From Sporopachydermia quercuum (taxonomy: Eukaryota), in contig BCGN01000001.1 of assembly GCA_001599295.1 (NCBI GenBank), positions 62,001-126,000 of the forward strand: 64,000 nt of DNA, in the 5' to 3' direction. Every line of letters begins with the position of its first letter. Position 1 is the stretch's first letter. The notes beneath the pieces are model-generated. The model had not been told where the DNA came from, ran no database searches, and saw only the letters and a list, made by a program, of their open reading frames with translations. The position numbers and the translations under genes were made by a program. Shown here in pieces: positions 60,492 to 64,000 of the stretch.

Positions 60492-62726
60492 TCAAAGCAA
60501 ACCTGCCTCTGGTTTCCAAAATTCCGGAGGAGTTGTTGCCAAATCTGCGTTACCATTATCGTTATTATTGCAGTTTTGATTATATCCATTAATTGCACCA
60601 TGAATATCAATACCACTCTTATTAGACTTATTCTTCTTGGTCCTTTCCAGCATTTCCCTTTCACTGATTTTTCTTGTTTTGTTATTTTTGTGGTGATGAC
60701 TTTGATTCTCATTCATTTTCTTGTTTTTGCTTAGTTGAAATTTATTGATGTCATTTTCCTTCCCATTCTGTCCTTCTCTGTTGTCGTTATTATTATCATT
60801 GTTACTAATATCGTTAAAATCGTCATAATCATCAAAATCAATTATTGGACTGCTTGGGACTTCTTCCTGCCATCGTGGACCTCTTATTTCTACTCCGGGG
60901 CCTGCCACTCGAATTAACTACATGGTTTTTGTTAGTAAGAGCAAGAGGGACAAAGAAAGAACAAAAGGAGGAGAAAAACAGTTCATATTTTCACCAATTT
61001 CGAACACTTCTAAAGACGATTCTTTCATTTTTCATTTATCTTACAATAGTAAAATTGGTTGTTTTACTTATCAATAAATGCAGAATGTGAAAGTTTTCAA
61101 TGAATGCTAATACAGACAGGTATCGTAGAATCTGCTGGGAAGATCAGTGAAGTATCCTGTGTTGATCCTGTCCGAAGAAGTTGGGAGGTATTTGAGTAAA
61201 TACCCGCTCACCATTGTAAAGCATAGTCGTTCAAACAAAAGCAAACATTATTGATTGTATTGCAATTCGTACCTCAAACATCAGAACCATTCAGGAGANT
61301 TCCTGCCTTTCCATTTGGATGCAAAAATGAACCAATTGAGATATGTAAACAAACCCAAAAAATGAATCAAAACAAATAATTAAACTCGCCTTTGATAAAG
61401 CATCTTGAGATGTGCTAATGTAATGTGGTTTTGATGGTGTATTTATGTCGTGTGAATTAGTATTATTATTTTTTGAATTATTGTTGGAATCCGCACTATT
61501 TTTGTATAATGATTTTCCATTAGATCTGATTTCTGTTAGTACCTTAATAGCCGAAAGAGCAAAAAGAGGATGTTATTCATGTAATAATAATTGCAAGAGG
61601 GAACCGAAAAGACTTAGTAGAGAGATAGCAAAAAAAAATTTGACGAAGTATTGAAAAAAGAAAAATTGCATGTGAATATTGCATCAGAATGTACTAACGT
61701 TCTCTTCCCTTTTGTTGTAAACCAATCAAATCATAGCATATAATTACATCCTTTTTCATTAAGATCTCCCTATCTTTTTCCAAAACACAACAAAAAATTG
61801 AATACATACCTTTCATCAAATGGATAAATCCTTTTCAATGGTTTCATAATAGAGATTGGAGTTATCATATTCGGTTCTATAAATTCATTTTCGGGTTTTG
61901 CTTGAGTCTCAATAGATTTTGCTTTCGTTTTTGATCTCCTTTTTGGAGTGCGTTTCGGTTTCGGTTTCTGGTTCCGCTTTTGATCTGGAATTTCTACTGC
62001 AAGATCTATCGGGATATGTCCATCAGAAGANAGTACTATCGGATCATCGGATAATTGATAAGGAACGTTCAATGGGAGTTCTCGAACATCTCGATCGCTG
62101 AGTAGATCAGTTGATGTTGATATATAAGCTTTTTGGGCATACAACGTTCTAGGGCTTTGAGTCAAATCAATATCTTGATCATCGGGTAAATTCGATTGAG
62201 AATTTTCAGAGTTTGGCTCCGATGGTATATCCGGTAGCCGTATGGCGGCGGAAGGTTCATCCGACGTCAAGTGTAGTTGGGAGGTGGCCGTCGGAAGTTT
62301 GATGTCCAGTTTCTCCTGTGTCAACGTATATTCTTTGTTCAATGAGATCGCCGAGTCGCAACGGATCACACCTCTCGAGTNCCCTGTTACCCCGAGTTCT
62401 GAAATTCTCCCTTTTAGCATATCATTCTCCTGTATTAATCGTGAATTGAACTGTCGCACAGCCGATAGAGCTTCTTGCAGAGATTCCCATGTTTTCTCAT
62501 GTCTAGCGTACAACTGAACCATTTCCTGTAATCTCCGCACTCTTTCTTCGGCCAATAGACATTTTGTAACAGCGGCAAGACTTTGGAATTCAGTGCTTTC
62601 CATCATATCTCCCAGAATCACCGAGATCAATCTCTTGAAGTACGCGTTTTCCTCAGTCGCGGCTGAATTGAGATCCTTATTTAGAGTCACTTTCTCGGGA
62701 ATTTTCTGGGATTGACACGTGCCCAT
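60492..62726 (-). CDS. SAE2: Putative Sae2/Ctp1/CtIP DNA end-resection factor, 3 exons: 62726-61810, 61525-61390, 60917-60492 (3' end uncertain)
   Basis: N-terminal coiled coil, acidic disordered middle, and C-terminal TTPPEFW resembling the S/T-P-P-G-F-W CDK-site motif. Two phase-consistent introns carry perfect TACTAAC branch sites. Divergent from BUD13, as YGL175C/YGL174W are. RxR and FPSTQ motifs were not found. Confidence 0.55.
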
Positions 62727-63602
62727 TTTGATAGAACTTCAAACTACACGCTACTTAGTAAAACATCACGTTAAGGCGCAGAAAATCAGTTAAATTTTTA
62801 TGGTATTTATGATAGCATAATGATTAGTCCAATATTCATCATGATTCAGTTTTCGGTTAGAAGTAAATAGAGGATCATATCGGATCTCACTACAGAGTTG
62901 TTGGCATCGGAGTGATATTTTATGTGTCTGAATGTAATGGATTACATGATCAGTAAAGGACAAGTAAAAGGAAGAAAAAATGATGATCTATATAGACACA
63001 AAAATACCCTACAAGAAAATAATAGAGGATTGTATTGGTGTATTGGAGTTTAGTGGTAATTAAAATATTTGAATATGCTAAGATTAGGTGATATCCAGTT
63101 TTAAAGTGAGGGATCAATTCATTGGAGTATTTCAATGGCAAGTCGACATGAAGTTCGATTAATAGATTCACAGTCAAACAACTTTGGGTTTCACATCAAA
63201 ATTCTAATGATATATATGTACATTATTACCCAAGTTTTTACAGAACAATAGACGATATACTTACCATTTTGTCTAAAACTCCTTACCTTGTACCGATGAT
63301 TCTTTCGATACAAATAGATAGTTAATAAGCATCTTCATCCCTAACACATTTACTCTAAACCTAACAGAAAATATATGATCATATAATCACCAATCACAAA
63401 AATAGTAAGTAACGCGAAGGACATTCATTAATTATCTTCCAAATTACGCAAAGAAACAGATACCTCAACACATAATGAACTGATTATTACATAACACAAT
63501 ATTCTGTAATCCTATCCGTAAACCTAATACTAGTTTCCACAAAGAAGCAATCAGATCCCCAGAAACTCAGGACACGAACCTCTTTCCATTTCATACCCCG
63601 CA

Positions 63603-64000
63603 ATGCCAATCAATGATTACCTGGCAAAACACTACTTGAATGATGGCAAATCAAAGAAAAAGAAGCATTCTGACAATAACAAATTGGTGGTAGAAGATGA
63701 TCTGCTTGGCTGGGAAGACGATGATTTNATGACTCGTAACCCGAGGGGAAACAGAAGCGGAAGGAAAACGGAAGGGGGATTCAAGAGGATCGGCACATTG
63801 AAAGAGCATAGAAAAAAGCACAAAAGTGGGAAAAAAAAGAAGGATACCGGAAACGATGAAGGAATTGTTAGCGGTATTAACAGCGGAAGCGATATTGGAA
63901 TTTCGCGAGAGGTTTCGGAAGATTTTATCGGAGGTTTAATAACAGCAGAACAACTAGAAAAGCATACTCAACAGAAAGAAACGGAACAAGAACAGTCACA
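63603..64000 (+). CDS. BUD13: RES-complex splicing factor Bud13/Cwc26 (5' part only)
   Basis: Hand translation MPINDYLAKHYLNDGKSKKKKH...GGLITAEQLEKH stays open to the window end. It matches the family N-terminus (DYLAKxYL..KKKK) and the GLxTAEQ block. Confidence 0.75.
   Translation, partial: MPINDYLAKHYLNDGKSKKKKHSDNNKLVVEDDLLGWEDDDXMTRNPRGNRSGRKTEGGFKRIGTLKEHRKKHKSGKKKKDTGNDEGIVSGINSGSDIGISREVSEDFIGGLITAEQLEKHTQQKETEQEQS

Overview
AT-rich budding-yeast (Saccharomycotina) chromosomal DNA using the standard genetic code (conserved Leu positions in ACC1 are CTG). It is intron-rich for a yeast, and the scattered single 'n' bases look like masked heterozygous SNPs. The window holds about 16 protein genes and one tRNA-Leu(AAG), in order: GH76 Dcw1/Dfg5 (partial), HAD hydrolase, Zn2Cys6 TF, HNM1, Msb1-domain protein, DUS2, TIM23, ACC1, RRT12-like subtilisin, Puf4/5-family protein, tRNA, LCP5, NSA2, SDD4-like TF, AGC1, a divergent spliced SAE2 candidate and BUD13 (partial). 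The ORF track misses several spliced gene models, which I rebuilt by hand. The best leads are: an AUG-less, presequence-like in-frame N-terminal extension of ACC1 (candidate GTG start); a phase-restoring GC-AG intron in the SAE2 candidate; a ~0.93 kb 5' intron of the PUF gene whose two possible acceptors give either uORFs or an N-terminal extension; and a fixed-distance branch-to-AG intron architecture. No transposon ORF or CRISPR array was seen. All family and synteny calls come from recalled motifs and gene order, not database searches.
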